DNA of 64,000 nucleotides. It comes from Candidatus Nitrospinota bacterium M3_3B_026 (GTDB taxonomy: Bacteria; Nitrospinota_A; UBA7883; JBPRGF01). How positions within the stretch are numbered: position 1 is the first letter of the stretch; the number at the start of each line of letters is the position of its first letter. The notes below the pieces were generated by a model. It was not told the origin of the DNA. It did not search any database and saw only the letters and a program-made list of their open reading frames with translations. Shown in pieces: positions 50,089 through 59,738 of this stretch. Made by a program: the position numbers and the translations under genes. The stretch lies in assembly GCA_051418015.1 (NCBI GenBank), contig JBPRGF010000003.1:32001-96000 (forward strand), read 5' to 3'.

Positions 50089-51963
50089 ATGGACGAGCGA
50101 TACGACGTGATAGTTGTCGGCGGAGGCCACGCCGGGGTGGAGGCGGCGCTGGCGGCGGCGAGGATGGGGCTTGGCGCCCTCATGATGACGATCAACATCG
50201 ACCAGGTCGGCGCAATGAGCTGCAACCCGGCCATCGGCGGGCCGGCCAAGGGCCACCTCGTCCGCGAGATCGACGCCCTCGGCGGCCGGATGGCCCGGGC
50301 CATCGACGCGACGGGGATACAGTTTAGAACCCTCAACGCCTCCAAGGGCCCCGCCGTCCGCGCGTACCGGGCCCAGGCGGACCGCAGGCTCTACCGCGAC
50401 GAGATCCGCGGGACCGTGGAGGCCCAGCCGGGGCTGGCCCTGCGGCAGGGGATGGTTGCACGCCTATTACTTAATGGTAATAAAATATCAGGGGTGGAGA
50501 CGGCCCTGGGGGAGAGGATCGGCGCGGCCGCCGTCGTCCTGACGACGGGGACTTTTTTGAACGGTCTCATACACATCGGCCTGACGAAATACCCCGCGGG
50601 GAGGGCGGGGGAGTTCGCCGCCACGGGCCTTTCTGAAAACCTGCGTGAGCTGGGGTTTGAGATCGGAAGGATGAAGACGGGCACCTGCCCGCGCCTCGAC
50701 CACGACACGATCGATTTTTCGAAGACCACTATCCAGCCGGGCGACGAACATCCGAGCCCCTTCTCGTTTTTCTCGCGGGGCATCGTTCAGGAGCAGGTCC
50801 CCTGCCATATCACCTACACCACTGAAGAGACGCAGCGGGTCATAGAAGAAAATCTGGAACGCTCGCCCCTTTACACCGGCGTCATCGAGGGGGCCGGTCC
50901 GCGCTATTGCCCATCGATCGAGGACAAGGTCAAAAGGTTCCCCGAGAAGCGCCGCCACCAGGTTTTCCTGGAGCCGGAGGGGCTTTTCTCGAAGGAGATA
51001 TACCCCAGCGGGCTGAGCACGTCGCTGCCGGTGGATGTCCAGAAAAAGTTTCTGCGGACAATACCCGGCCTCGAACGGGTCCGGATCATGCGCCCCGGCT
51101 ATGCCATCGAGTACGACTACGCGCCGCCGACGCAGCTCTACCCCACGCTGGAGACCAAAATAATCAAAGGGTTATACCACGCCGGGCAGATAAACGGCAC
51201 CTCCGGCTACGAGGAGGCGGCGGCCCAGGGGCTGCTGGCGGGGGTCAACGCGGCCCTTTCCGTCAAGGGCGAAGAGCCGCTTGTCCTGACGCGGCAGAGC
51301 TCCTACATCGGGGTGCTGGTGGACGACCTGGTGACGCGGGGGACGGAGGAGCCATACCGGATGTTCACCTCACGGGCCGAGTTCCGGCTCCTTCTGCGGC
51401 AGGACAACGCGGACCTGCGGCTGTGCGGCATGGGCCACGGGGTGGGGCTTTTGAGCGATCACGACTACGACGTATTCCGAAGGAAACGGGACCGGATCGA
51501 GCGGGAGCTTGAGAGAGTCTCGAAGATCCGCATCCGGCCGGGCGATGTCCCGGAGGAGGATCTTTATGTCTACGGCGGCGGGATCCCGGCGGACGGGATA
51601 CTGCTTTCCGGCCTTCTGCGGCGGCCGGGGGTCGGCCTTTCGTCGCTGCCTTTTCATGAGCCGTCCGTGGACCTTTCGCGGGATGAGATAGAACAGGTAG
51701 AGATTTCAATCAAGTACCAGGGCTATATCGAGCGCCAGGAGCGGATGTTGAGACGGACGATGGAGGCGGAGCAGAAACGGTTTCCGCCCGGTTTCGACTT
51801 TTCCAGCGTCCACGGCCTCTCCAGCGAGGTGGTGGAAAAACTCAACGAGATAAGGCCTTTAAACCTCGGCCAGGCCTCCCGAATATCCGGCGTCACGCCC
51901 GCGGCGCTGACGATCCTGCATATCCACCTGGAGAAGCTTTCCCGTGAGAAGCAGGGGGCGTGA
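50089..51963 (+). CDS. mnmG: tRNA uridine modification enzyme MnmG (GidA)
   Basis: [26 protein letters not shown] and [13 protein letters not shown] motifs. Confidence 0.98.
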   Translation: MDERYDVIVVGGGHAGVEAALAAARMGLGALMMTINIDQVGAMSCNPAIGGPAKGHLVREIDALGGRMARAIDATGIQFRTLNASKGPAVRAYRAQADRRLYRDEIRGTVEAQPGLALRQGMVARLLLNGNKISGVETALGERIGAAAVVLTTGTFLNGLIHIGLTKYPAGRAGEFAATGLSENLRELGFEIGRMKTGTCPRLDHDTIDFSKTTIQPGDEHPSPFSFFSRGIVQEQVPCHITYTTEETQRVIEENLERSPLYTGVIEGAGPRYCPSIEDKVKRFPEKRRHQVFLEPEGLFSKEIYPSGLSTSLPVDVQKKFLRTIPGLERVRIMRPGYAIEYDYAPPTQLYPTLETKIIKGLYHAGQINGTSGYEEAAAQGLLAGVNAALSVKGEEPLVLTRQSSYIGVLVDDLVTRGTEEPYRMFTSRAEFRLLLRQDNADLRLCGMGHGVGLLSDHDYDVFRRKRDRIERELERVSKIRIRPGDVPEEDLYVYGGGIPADGILLSGLLRRPGVGLSSLPFHEPSVDLSRDEIEQVEISIKYQGYIERQERMLRRTMEAEQKRFPPGFDFSSVHGLSSEVVEKLNEIRPLNLGQASRISGVTPAALTILHIHLEKLSREKQGA

Positions 51964-52579
51964 CGGCGGCCTCCATAAGGAGGTCTTTCCCCCGGCGCTG
52001 CTCTGCAAACTCCAGAAATTTTCAGAGGAGCTCGCCCGCTGGAATCGAAAGTTTTCGTTCACGAGGGCTCATGACGACCAGATATTCGAAAAGCTCGTGG
52101 CGCCCTCGGCCTGGCTGGGGATGCTGTACGCGGAGGAGGGGAAGATCGGTCTCGTGGCCGATTTCGGGTGCGGCCCCGGCATACCGGGCCTGCCTATGGC
52201 CATGGCAGATGTCGGGAACCGATACCTTTTGATCGACGCTAACGGCAAAAAAATCAGGTTCGTAAAGCACTGCATCGATGTTCTGGGCCTCGCGCCGCCG
52301 GAGCGGGTGGAGACACAAAAAATCCGCCTGACCAGGGCCACGCCGATGGCGCCCGCGGACCGGCTGGTGACGCGCGCAACGGGGAACATGCTGGAGGTGA
52401 TCGGGCTATGGGAGGGGAAGGTGGCGCCCGGCGGCGCGGCGGATTTTTTTAAGGGGACGGACATCCGGGAGGAGGCCGAGGCGCTGCTCGCGGCCCGGCC
52501 CGGGGCGAAGATCGAAAGGATCGAGACGCCGGACTGGTTCGGGAATCTTTCAGTTATCCGCGTCCGCGGCGTTTTTTGA
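51944..52579 (+). CDS. rsmG: 16S rRNA methyltransferase RsmG (GidB), divergent; start uncertain
   Basis: WN...[12 protein letters not shown] and VTRA motifs; position after mnmG. Confidence 0.8.
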   Translation: MRSRGRDGGLHKEVFPPALLCKLQKFSEELARWNRKFSFTRAHDDQIFEKLVAPSAWLGMLYAEEGKIGLVADFGCGPGIPGLPMAMADVGNRYLLIDANGKKIRFVKHCIDVLGLAPPERVETQKIRLTRATPMAPADRLVTRATGNMLEVIGLWEGKVAPGGAADFFKGTDIREEAEALLAARPGAKIERIETPDWFGNLSVIRVRGVF

Positions 52580-52760
52580 GTACGCCCGCGGCGGCTCGCG
52601 CGCATCACGCCAAGGGCGCGGAGAATTTTTTTCATTCTCTCCGTTCTCCGCGTCTCGGCGGTCGAACCTAAATAATTTTTTATCGCGCAGGCGTCCTAAA
52701 AACTTTCGGCGCCGGTTTTTTTCCGATCCCAAACCGGTCATCGCGCCAGCGTCCTAAAAA

Positions 52761-52776
52761 TGTTTCACGTGAAACA
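52761..52776. promoter_or_regulatory. parS site
   Basis: Perfect TGTTTCACGTGAAACA. Confidence 0.95.
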
Positions 52777-53089
52777 ATTGCCGGGAATGCGCGATAACTG
52801 GTTGTAAATATACTTGTTATTCTGGCGGAGAGGGTTTCGCCTCCCCCTCTGGCGCTTCGCGCCCCCCCCTCATCAGGGGGAGGAAAGCTTGATACCGTTG
52901 CGAATTTTCATTTTTCCGCCGGATATCGCGCCAGCGTCCTCAAATTTCCCCTCCCCCGGAGGGAGGGGATAAAGGGGAGGGGTATTATGGATTTCACACC
53001 CCCACCTCGATCCTCCCCCTTCAAGGGGGAGGACTCAAAAGGCGGTTTTTTCCAGCCCCAAGCCGGTCATCGCATCAGCGTCCTCAAAA

Positions 53090-53105
53090 TGTTTCACGTG
53101 AAACA
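53090..53105. promoter_or_regulatory. parS site
   Basis: Perfect TGTTTCACGTGAAACA. Confidence 0.95.
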
Positions 53106-53191
53106 ATGGAAGGGAGGGCGCCGAACCACGCCGTGAGGCGTACTTAAAAGTTGTTTGATTCCTTCTCCGCCGCTGTTATACTCTTCAGACG

Positions 53192-54127
53192 ATGAAAAAA
53201 ATCATCTGCGTCGCCAACCAGAAAGGGGGCGTCGGCAAAACCACCACCGCCGTCAACCTCGCCGCGTGCCTGGCCGTGGCGGATCAGAACGTCCTCCTGC
53301 TCGACATCGACCCCCAGGGGAACGCCACAACCGGCCTCGGCCTGCCAAAAAACGACAGCGGAAACAACATCTACACCGCGCTGATGGACGGCGGAATCGG
53401 GCAAGGAATGATCCACGACACCGCCGTCGACAGGCTGAAGGCGATCCCTTCCACCACCGACCTGTACGGGGCGGAGATCGAGCTTGTCACCTTCGAGCGG
53501 CGCGAACGCCGCCTCGCCGAGCTGGTGGACCAGATATCCGACGATTTCGATTTCGTCCTGATAGACTGCCCACCCTCCCTCGGGATGCTCACACTCAACG
53601 CCCTGACCGCCTCGGATTCGGTGCTAATCCCAATACAAACAGAGTATTACGCTCTGGAGGGCCTGAGCCAGCTCGACAGGACCATAAATATGGTCCGCGA
53701 CGCCTTCAACCCCGGCCTGACCGTCGAGGGGATACTGTTCACCATGGCCGACGGACGCACAACCCTCGCCCGCCAGGTGATGGAAGAGGTGAAAAACTAT
53801 TATAAAGACACCGTGCTGGAGACCGTCATCCCCCGCAACGTCCGCCTCTCCGAGGCGCCATCCCATGGAAAACCGGTCATCCTCTACGACATAAGGTCCA
53901 AAGGCGCCGACGCTTACGTGGACCTCGCCCGGGAGCTTATCGCCAGGAACAGGCAGGGCCTGGCCGTAGGCGCGACGGTCTCCCATGAGGCGGCGGGCGG
54001 CGAGGCGGAAGACGCGCAAGTTATTGATGATGTTGATATTATAGACGACACCGGCGGCGGAGAGGAGCTGGACGACGGTCATCCGCTCCCCGGCCCGGAC
54101 GGCGACGGCGAACAGGAGGAAAGATAG
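53192..54127 (+). CDS. parA: Chromosome partitioning ATPase ParA with an acidic tail
   Basis: NQKGGVGKTT, DPQGNA, DCPPSLG and IPRNVRLSEAPS motifs. Confidence 0.96.
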   Translation: MKKIICVANQKGGVGKTTTAVNLAACLAVADQNVLLLDIDPQGNATTGLGLPKNDSGNNIYTALMDGGIGQGMIHDTAVDRLKAIPSTTDLYGAEIELVTFERRERRLAELVDQISDDFDFVLIDCPPSLGMLTLNALTASDSVLIPIQTEYYALEGLSQLDRTINMVRDAFNPGLTVEGILFTMADGRTTLARQVMEEVKNYYKDTVLETVIPRNVRLSEAPSHGKPVILYDIRSKGADAYVDLARELIARNRQGLAVGATVSHEAAGGEAEDAQVIDDVDIIDDTGGGEELDDGHPLPGPDGDGEQEER

Positions 54128-54128
54128 G

Positions 54129-54962
54129 GTGAAAAGACAGGCGCTCGGCAAAGGGCTTTCGGCCCTGATCCCGGAAAAGGAAAAAACACCGGAAGGCGAC
54201 ACCGTCACGGAAATCCCCGTGGAGATGATAACCCCCAGCAGGTTCCAGCCCCGGACGGTTTTCAACGAAGAGTCCCTGGCCGAGCTGGCCGGTTCCATCC
54301 GCGAGCGCGGCGTCATCCAGCCGATCATCGTCACCAGGCGGCGCGGCGGCTACGAGCTTATCGCCGGCGAGCGCAGGTGGCGCGCCGTCCGGTCGCTTGG
54401 GTATGAAAAGATACCAGCAATAGTAAAAATCGTTCGAGACTCCGAGGCGCTGGAGATGGCGATCGTGGAGAACATCCAGCGCGACAACCTGAACCCCATC
54501 GAGGAGGCGGGCGCCTACGAGCGGCTGATGCGCGAGTTCGCCTTCACCCAGGAGGACCTCTCCAGGAAAATCGGGCGGAGCCGCTCCGCCGTGGCCAACT
54601 CGCTGAGGCTTCTGCGGCTGCCGGAGCCGATCAAGGACGACCTGGCCGCGGGCGCCCTGACGATGGGGCACGCCCGGGCGTTGCTTTCGCTTTCGAGCGA
54701 CGAGGAGCGGCTGGCCATGCGGGACGGGATCGTCAACGCCGGTCTGAACGTGCGCGACGTCGAAGGGAGCGTGAAGGCGCGCTCGAGAAAAAAACCCCGC
54801 CGCGCCTCCTCCCGCGACGTGCATTTGGAAAAACTCGCCCTGTCCCTGGAGCGCAAGCTCGAGGCCCGCGTCGAGATCAAGCCCAAAGCCCGCCGCGGCG
54901 GCGTGATCCAGATTCACTATACCGACGTTGACGATTTGAACCGGATAGTGGAGGGGATGTGA
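54129..54962 (+). CDS. parB: ParB
   Basis: LGKGL.AL, QPR..F, AGERRWRA and ENIQR motifs. Confidence 0.96.
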   Translation: MKRQALGKGLSALIPEKEKTPEGDTVTEIPVEMITPSRFQPRTVFNEESLAELAGSIRERGVIQPIIVTRRRGGYELIAGERRWRAVRSLGYEKIPAIVKIVRDSEALEMAIVENIQRDNLNPIEEAGAYERLMREFAFTQEDLSRKIGRSRSAVANSLRLLRLPEPIKDDLAAGALTMGHARALLSLSSDEERLAMRDGIVNAGLNVRDVEGSVKARSRKKPRRASSRDVHLEKLALSLERKLEARVEIKPKARRGGVIQIHYTDVDDLNRIVEGM

Positions 54963-55050
54963 CTGGGTGGGGGTAGGTGAATAGTCTTTACTTTGGCGAC
55001 TGCGAGAATCGTTTGGCTATATGACCCCAGCGCAATGATAATAATAGCTG

Positions 55051-55641
55051 GTGGATAGAATGAAAATACCAAAATGCATGAAAATCACGCCTGCAAAAAC
55101 GTTAATCTTTTTAAGCATTGCTTGTTTTCTTTTCATCGTACGATCGAATGGAAATTCGATTATATCTAATCTTTCAATAGGATTTATTGTAAGCACAATT
55201 TTTTATTTCATAGTTGTATGGCTCCCTGAAAGAAACCAAAGAAAGCTAATCAAGCGTTCTATGGAAGAACAGTACCTCTCATTTAAAGATGAATTCAAAA
55301 AATATTTTAGTAAACCCGCAAATGCCTCTCAAGGACGGTGGCATGCTGTGGCAAATGGACTTGAAAGTAATAACCTATTGCTAAAAGACCTTTCAATAGA
55401 GTTGGAAATATTCAAGGACGAAATTAATTTCGTCTTAAATAGCGTGAAAATAAATGACAAGAAGGTTTTTGACCTTTTCAAACGTCTTTCTCAGCATATT
55501 TACAGGCTGAAAAATCCGACTCCTGGGACTGACGATCTTAAATCTTTAATGAGATTTCTATGGGAATTGTTTTCCGGCTGGAGTTGGGATGAAGGTTATC
55601 GTAAAGAAGATATCGTAAAAATCATGATCCAAGAAATCTAG
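55051..55641 (+). CDS. AT-rich hypothetical membrane protein (start uncertain)
   Basis: Low-GC ORF with two N-terminal TM helices. Confidence 0.65.
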   Translation: MDRMKIPKCMKITPAKTLIFLSIACFLFIVRSNGNSIISNLSIGFIVSTIFYFIVVWLPERNQRKLIKRSMEEQYLSFKDEFKKYFSKPANASQGRWHAVANGLESNNLLLKDLSIELEIFKDEINFVLNSVKINDKKVFDLFKRLSQHIYRLKNPTPGTDDLKSLMRFLWELFSGWSWDEGYRKEDIVKIMIQEI

Positions 55642-55645
55642 TGTT

Positions 55646-55860
55646 GTCATCCTGAGCCGGAGGCGAAGGATCCTGTCATGAGATTCTTCGGCTTCGCCTC
55701 AGAATGACTGTCGTTTACGAAAAAGAATAAGGCCCTGCGTTTTGACACTCCCACCCACCCCCTCGGCGTTTCGCGCCACTCCCCCACGGGCAGGGGGAGA
55801 TAATAATGTCCCCTCCCCCGGCGGGAGGGGACAAAGGGGAGGGGGTATAACACCCCCGTC
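55646..55860. repeat. GTCATCCTGAG-type (55646-55708) and CCCTCCCC-type REP-like hairpins
   Basis: Same arms as the other copies in the window. Confidence 0.75.
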
Positions 55861-55948
55861 CGCTATCCCCTGTCAAGAATAATACAGCCCGGTTATAATA
55901 ATAGCGTCAGCCAAATACAAATTTGAACGATCCGCTGGAGCCATGCAA

Positions 55949-56143
55949 ATGAAAAGAAACATAATACAAATCATCCTGTATCCGGGGGACGAAGGGGGGT
56001 ATGTCGCCGAATGCGTCAGCCTGCCGGTCGTGACGCAGGGAAGCACAATCGACGAAACCGCCAAAAACATCCAGGAGGCGCTGGCGCTGCATCTGGAAGA
56101 CGAAAACCTCGCGGAACTGGGGCTTTCGCCGATCCATGCCTAA
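55949..56143 (+). CDS. HicB-family antitoxin
   Basis: GGYVAEC..LPVVTQG.TIDE...NI.EAL.LHLE. Confidence 0.8.
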   Translation: MKRNIIQIILYPGDEGGYVAECVSLPVVTQGSTIDETAKNIQEALALHLEDENLAELGLSPIHA

Positions 56144-56174
56144 ACCCCTTCTCACCATCCCCAACCACAAAGAA
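56136..56174 (+). pseudogene. Collapsed hicA toxin relic
   Basis: ATG overlapping the hicB stop reads MPK-PLLTIPNHKE, joining HicA-like start and TxPxH motifs. Confidence 0.55.
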
Positions 56175-56258
56175 ACAGTTTATTCGGCTGATAAATTGTT
56201 ATTGCGGGCGGCGCTGTTATAAAATCACGGGAAACGCAAATATTTCGTCGAGACCGCA

Positions 56259-57743
56259 ATGTACAAACCATCGAGGGAGGAGTTCATCTCGCTGACGGGC
56301 GAGGGGAACCTGATTCCCGTATACCGCGAGATATTCGCCGACCTGGAGACGCCCGTCTCGGCGTATCTGAAGATGGGCGACACGAAATACTCCTACCTGC
56401 TGGAGTCCGTCGAGGGCGGGGAGAAGTGGGGCCGATACACCTTCATCGGCGCGGAGCCTTCCATCGTCTTCAAGTACAAGGGGGGGGCCGTCATCCTGGA
56501 GGAGGAGGGGGAGGAGCGCTCCTACAAGGCCGAAGGCGGCCCCCTGGACGAGCTGAAAAAGGTCATGAGCCGATACCAGCCCGTTCCAGTGCCCGGCATA
56601 CCCCGTTTTTACGGCGGCGCGGTGGGGTTTTTGTCCTACGACGCCGTGAGGTTTTTCGAGAAGATGCCGGAGACGGCCCGGGACGAGCTTTCCGTCCCCG
56701 ACGCCTGGTTCGTGGTCACGGACACCATCCTGATATTCGACAACATCATGAACACCATCAAGGTGGTCTCCAACGCCCACATCGGCTCCGACGGCGCGGA
56801 CGCGGCCTACGACGAGGCGGTGGCCAAGATAAACGGCCTGATCGCAATGCTCCGGGAGCCCGTCCCGGCGCCGGAGGCGGAAAGGGGCGACCCGGACGGC
56901 GCCGGGTTCGAAAGCAACGTAAAGCGCGAGGTATTCGAGAAAAACGTCGAGCGGGTCAAGGAATACATCCGCGAAGGGGACATCTTCCAGACAGTGCTCT
57001 CGCAACGTCTGGCCACGAAGATCAACGTCCCCCCCTTCCAGGTCTACAGGGCGCTGCGGGCCGTCAACCCCTCCCCATACATGTACTACCTCAATTTCGG
57101 GCGGAACAGGATCATCGGCGCCTCGCCGGAGTCGCTGGTCCGGGTGGAAGGGGGAGTGGTTGAGACCCGCCCCATAGCCGGCACGCGCCCCCGGGGCGAG
57201 ACCGAGGAGGAGGACCGGCGCCTGGCCGAGGAGCTTCTGGCCGATGAAAAAGAGCGGGCCGAGCACATCATGCTCGTGGACCTCGGCCGCAACGACATAG
57301 GCCGCGTCGCCGAGGGAGGCTCCGTGGAGGTGAACGAGCTGATGATGGTTGAAAAATACTCCCACGTGATGCACATAGTCTCCAACGTCCGGGGCAGGCT
57401 CCGCCCCGGCATGGACGCCTACGACGCCCTCCGGGCGACCTTCCCCGCGGGCACCCTCTCCGGCGCGCCGAAGATACGCGCCATGGAGATCATCGAACAG
57501 CTGGAGGGCGTCCGCCGCGGGGTCTACGGCGGGGCGGTGGGATATTTTTCGTTCTCCGGCGCCATGGATATGGCCATAGCCATACGCACGCTCTATATCG
57601 ACGGCGACACGGCCTACCTCGGCGTCGGCGGCGGGATCGTGGCGGACTCTGTCCCGGCCAGCGAGTACCAGGAGACCATCAACAAGGGCAAGGCGCTGAC
57701 AACCGCCGTCAGGATCGCCGAAAACGGACTGGAGCCTTTGTGA
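56259..57743 (+). CDS. trpE: Anthranilate synthase component I
   Basis: LLESVEGG, NPSPYM, PIAGT, EHIMLVDLGRND and PAGTLSGAPK motifs. Confidence 0.96.
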   Translation: MYKPSREEFISLTGEGNLIPVYREIFADLETPVSAYLKMGDTKYSYLLESVEGGEKWGRYTFIGAEPSIVFKYKGGAVILEEEGEERSYKAEGGPLDELKKVMSRYQPVPVPGIPRFYGGAVGFLSYDAVRFFEKMPETARDELSVPDAWFVVTDTILIFDNIMNTIKVVSNAHIGSDGADAAYDEAVAKINGLIAMLREPVPAPEAERGDPDGAGFESNVKREVFEKNVERVKEYIREGDIFQTVLSQRLATKINVPPFQVYRALRAVNPSPYMYYLNFGRNRIIGASPESLVRVEGGVVETRPIAGTRPRGETEEEDRRLAEELLADEKERAEHIMLVDLGRNDIGRVAEGGSVEVNELMMVEKYSHVMHIVSNVRGRLRPGMDAYDALRATFPAGTLSGAPKIRAMEIIEQLEGVRRGVYGGAVGYFSFSGAMDMAIAIRTLYIDGDTAYLGVGGGIVADSVPASEYQETINKGKALTTAVRIAENGLEPL

Positions 57744-57774
57744 AGGAGCAACTTTTCGAAAAAAAGACGCGGCC

Positions 57775-58674
57775 ATGACAATGAGAAAACTGACGGCGGC
57801 CGCCCTGGCGTCGGTCTTCCTTCTGGCGGGCGCGGCAGAGGCGAAAAAAGTCCATATAGACCATGACGGGCGGACGCTGAACGGATACCTTGCGCTTGCC
57901 GAGGGGAAAAAGATCGAGGACGGGGTGATCCTGATGGTCCACGGCACGCTCGCCCACGGCCGGATGGAGATCATGCGGACGCTGCAGGGGCTTTTCAGGG
58001 ACTACGGCCAGAGCACGCTGGCCATCACGCTGAGCCTGGGAAAATCCGGCAGGGAGGGGATGTTCGACTGCGGCGAGCCGCATCGACACATGCACACCGG
58101 CGCGCTGGACGAGATCGGGCTGTGGCTTGCGTGGCTGAAGGAGCAGGGCGCCGGGGAGATCGTCCTGCTCGGCCACTCCCGCGGGGGAAACCAGGCCGCC
58201 TGGTTCGCGGCCCAGCGGGACGACCCCGCCATAAAGAAGATAGTGCTGCTCGCGCCGATGACCTGGACCCAGGCGAAGACCGAGGAGGGCTACGAGGCCC
58301 GGTATGAAACGCCGCTCAACCCCATCCTCCACGAGGCGCGGGCGATGATAAGCGAGGGGAGGGGGTCTGACATGCTGGAGGGGATCGGTTTTCTGTACTG
58401 CAGGGACGCCGCCGCCAGCGCCCGGACCTTCGTGTCGTACTACTCCCCCGAGCCGATGATGGACACGCCCCTTGTCCTGCGGCGGGTGAAAAAACCCGTC
58501 CTCGTCTTCACCGGAACGAGGGACACCAGCATCCCCGACGTGGCGGAGAAGATCAAGGCCAGGGAACTCGGCGATAACGTCCGGCTGGAGGTCATCGACG
58601 GCGCGGACCACTTTTTCCGCGACCTTTTCGCCTACGACGTCGTGGAGCGGACCATCGAATTCCTGGGGCGGTGA
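57775..58674 (+). CDS. Secreted alpha/beta hydrolase
   Basis: Signal peptide; HGT, GHSRG and GADHFF motifs. Confidence 0.85.
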   Translation: MTMRKLTAAALASVFLLAGAAEAKKVHIDHDGRTLNGYLALAEGKKIEDGVILMVHGTLAHGRMEIMRTLQGLFRDYGQSTLAITLSLGKSGREGMFDCGEPHRHMHTGALDEIGLWLAWLKEQGAGEIVLLGHSRGGNQAAWFAAQRDDPAIKKIVLLAPMTWTQAKTEEGYEARYETPLNPILHEARAMISEGRGSDMLEGIGFLYCRDAAASARTFVSYYSPEPMMDTPLVLRRVKKPVLVFTGTRDTSIPDVAEKIKARELGDNVRLEVIDGADHFFRDLFAYDVVERTIEFLGR

Positions 58675-58746
58675 CAAAGCCGGGACGGCCGGAAAAACCC
58701 TTTCCTCGATCGACCCGCTGTCCCGGTTGGGGATAAAATGGGAGCC

Positions 58747-59532
58747 ATGATGAAAACCGTGATGACAATAGCCGGGTCGGACTCCTCCGGTGGCGCGGGC
58801 CTGGCGGCGGACCTCAAAACCTTCGCCGCCCTGGGCCTGCACGGCTCCTGCGCCATAACCGCCGTCACCTCCCAGAACACCAGGGAGGTCCGCGGCTTCC
58901 TCTCCCTGCCGCCGGATGTGGTGGCGGGGCAGATAGAAGCCGTTTTCGACGACATGGCCGTGGCCGCCGTGAAGACGGGGATGATCGGGGACGAGCCCAT
59001 CGCCAAGGCCGTGGCCGCCGCGCTTTCGAAGGTCGGCGCGGAAAACATCGTCGTCGACCCCGTGATGGCCTCGACCAGCGGGGCGGAGCTTCTCATGGGC
59101 AGGGCGGCGGACATCATCGCCCGCCATCTTCTGCCCGTCGCCTTCGCGGCCACGCCGAACGCGCCGGAGGCGGAGGCCCTTTGCGGTTTCAAGGTGGACT
59201 CCGTGGAAACAATGAAAGAGGCGGCACGAAAAATATCCGGGCTGGGGCCCGGGAATGTCGTGGTGACCGGGGGGCACGTCGCGTCGGGCGATGTCGTCAC
59301 CGACGTGCTCCTCACGAAGGACGGTTTCGAGATTTTCGAGAGGGAACGGGTGAAAAGCGAGGCGGGCCACGGCTCCGGCTGCGTCTTCTCGTCCGCCCTG
59401 GCGGGATACCTTGCCATGGACAAGGAGATCGCGGAAGCCGTCCGGCTGGCGGGGGAGTTCACTGCCCGCGCCATCGCGGAGGGTTTTAAGGCCGGGCGCG
59501 GACCCGCCTGTATAAACCCGCTGAGGTTTTAA
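58747..59532 (+). CDS. thiD: HMP/HMP-P kinase
   Basis: TIAGSDSSGGAG, VKTGM, VDPVM and HGSGC motifs. Confidence 0.95.
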   Translation: MMKTVMTIAGSDSSGGAGLAADLKTFAALGLHGSCAITAVTSQNTREVRGFLSLPPDVVAGQIEAVFDDMAVAAVKTGMIGDEPIAKAVAAALSKVGAENIVVDPVMASTSGAELLMGRAADIIARHLLPVAFAATPNAPEAEALCGFKVDSVETMKEAARKISGLGPGNVVVTGGHVASGDVVTDVLLTKDGFEIFERERVKSEAGHGSGCVFSSALAGYLAMDKEIAEAVRLAGEFTARAIAEGFKAGRGPACINPLRF

Positions 59533-59562
59533 GGCTGGGCGCGGACCCGCCCGCATAAACCC
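59482..59562 (+). repeat. Tandem duplication of the thiD 3' end
   Basis: 59482-59519 versus 59525-59562, 35/38 identical. Confidence 0.85.
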
Positions 59563-59605
59563 TTCGGCCGGTCTGGCGAATCTTTATAAGGCGGCGCGCC
59601 CCGCG

Positions 59606-59656
59606 AAAAGAAAAGGGGCCGGCCGAGCGGGAGAGTGGCCAGCCCCTTTCTTTTTT
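59606..59656. terminator. Bidirectional intrinsic terminator between thiD and flgE
   Basis: aaaagaaaaggggccggcc...ggccagcccctttctttttt. Confidence 0.8.
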
Positions 59657-59738
59657 CCCGCGCCACGGCTAAACGGCGCGGAGAAGACAAACCGTCATGG
59701 CATTACGGTTTTCTCATGCTCATGTCAAACCCCGGTCA

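Noticed and set aside
52682..53107. CRISPR array
   Set aside because: The repeats are few, degenerate and irregularly spaced, and there are no cas genes.
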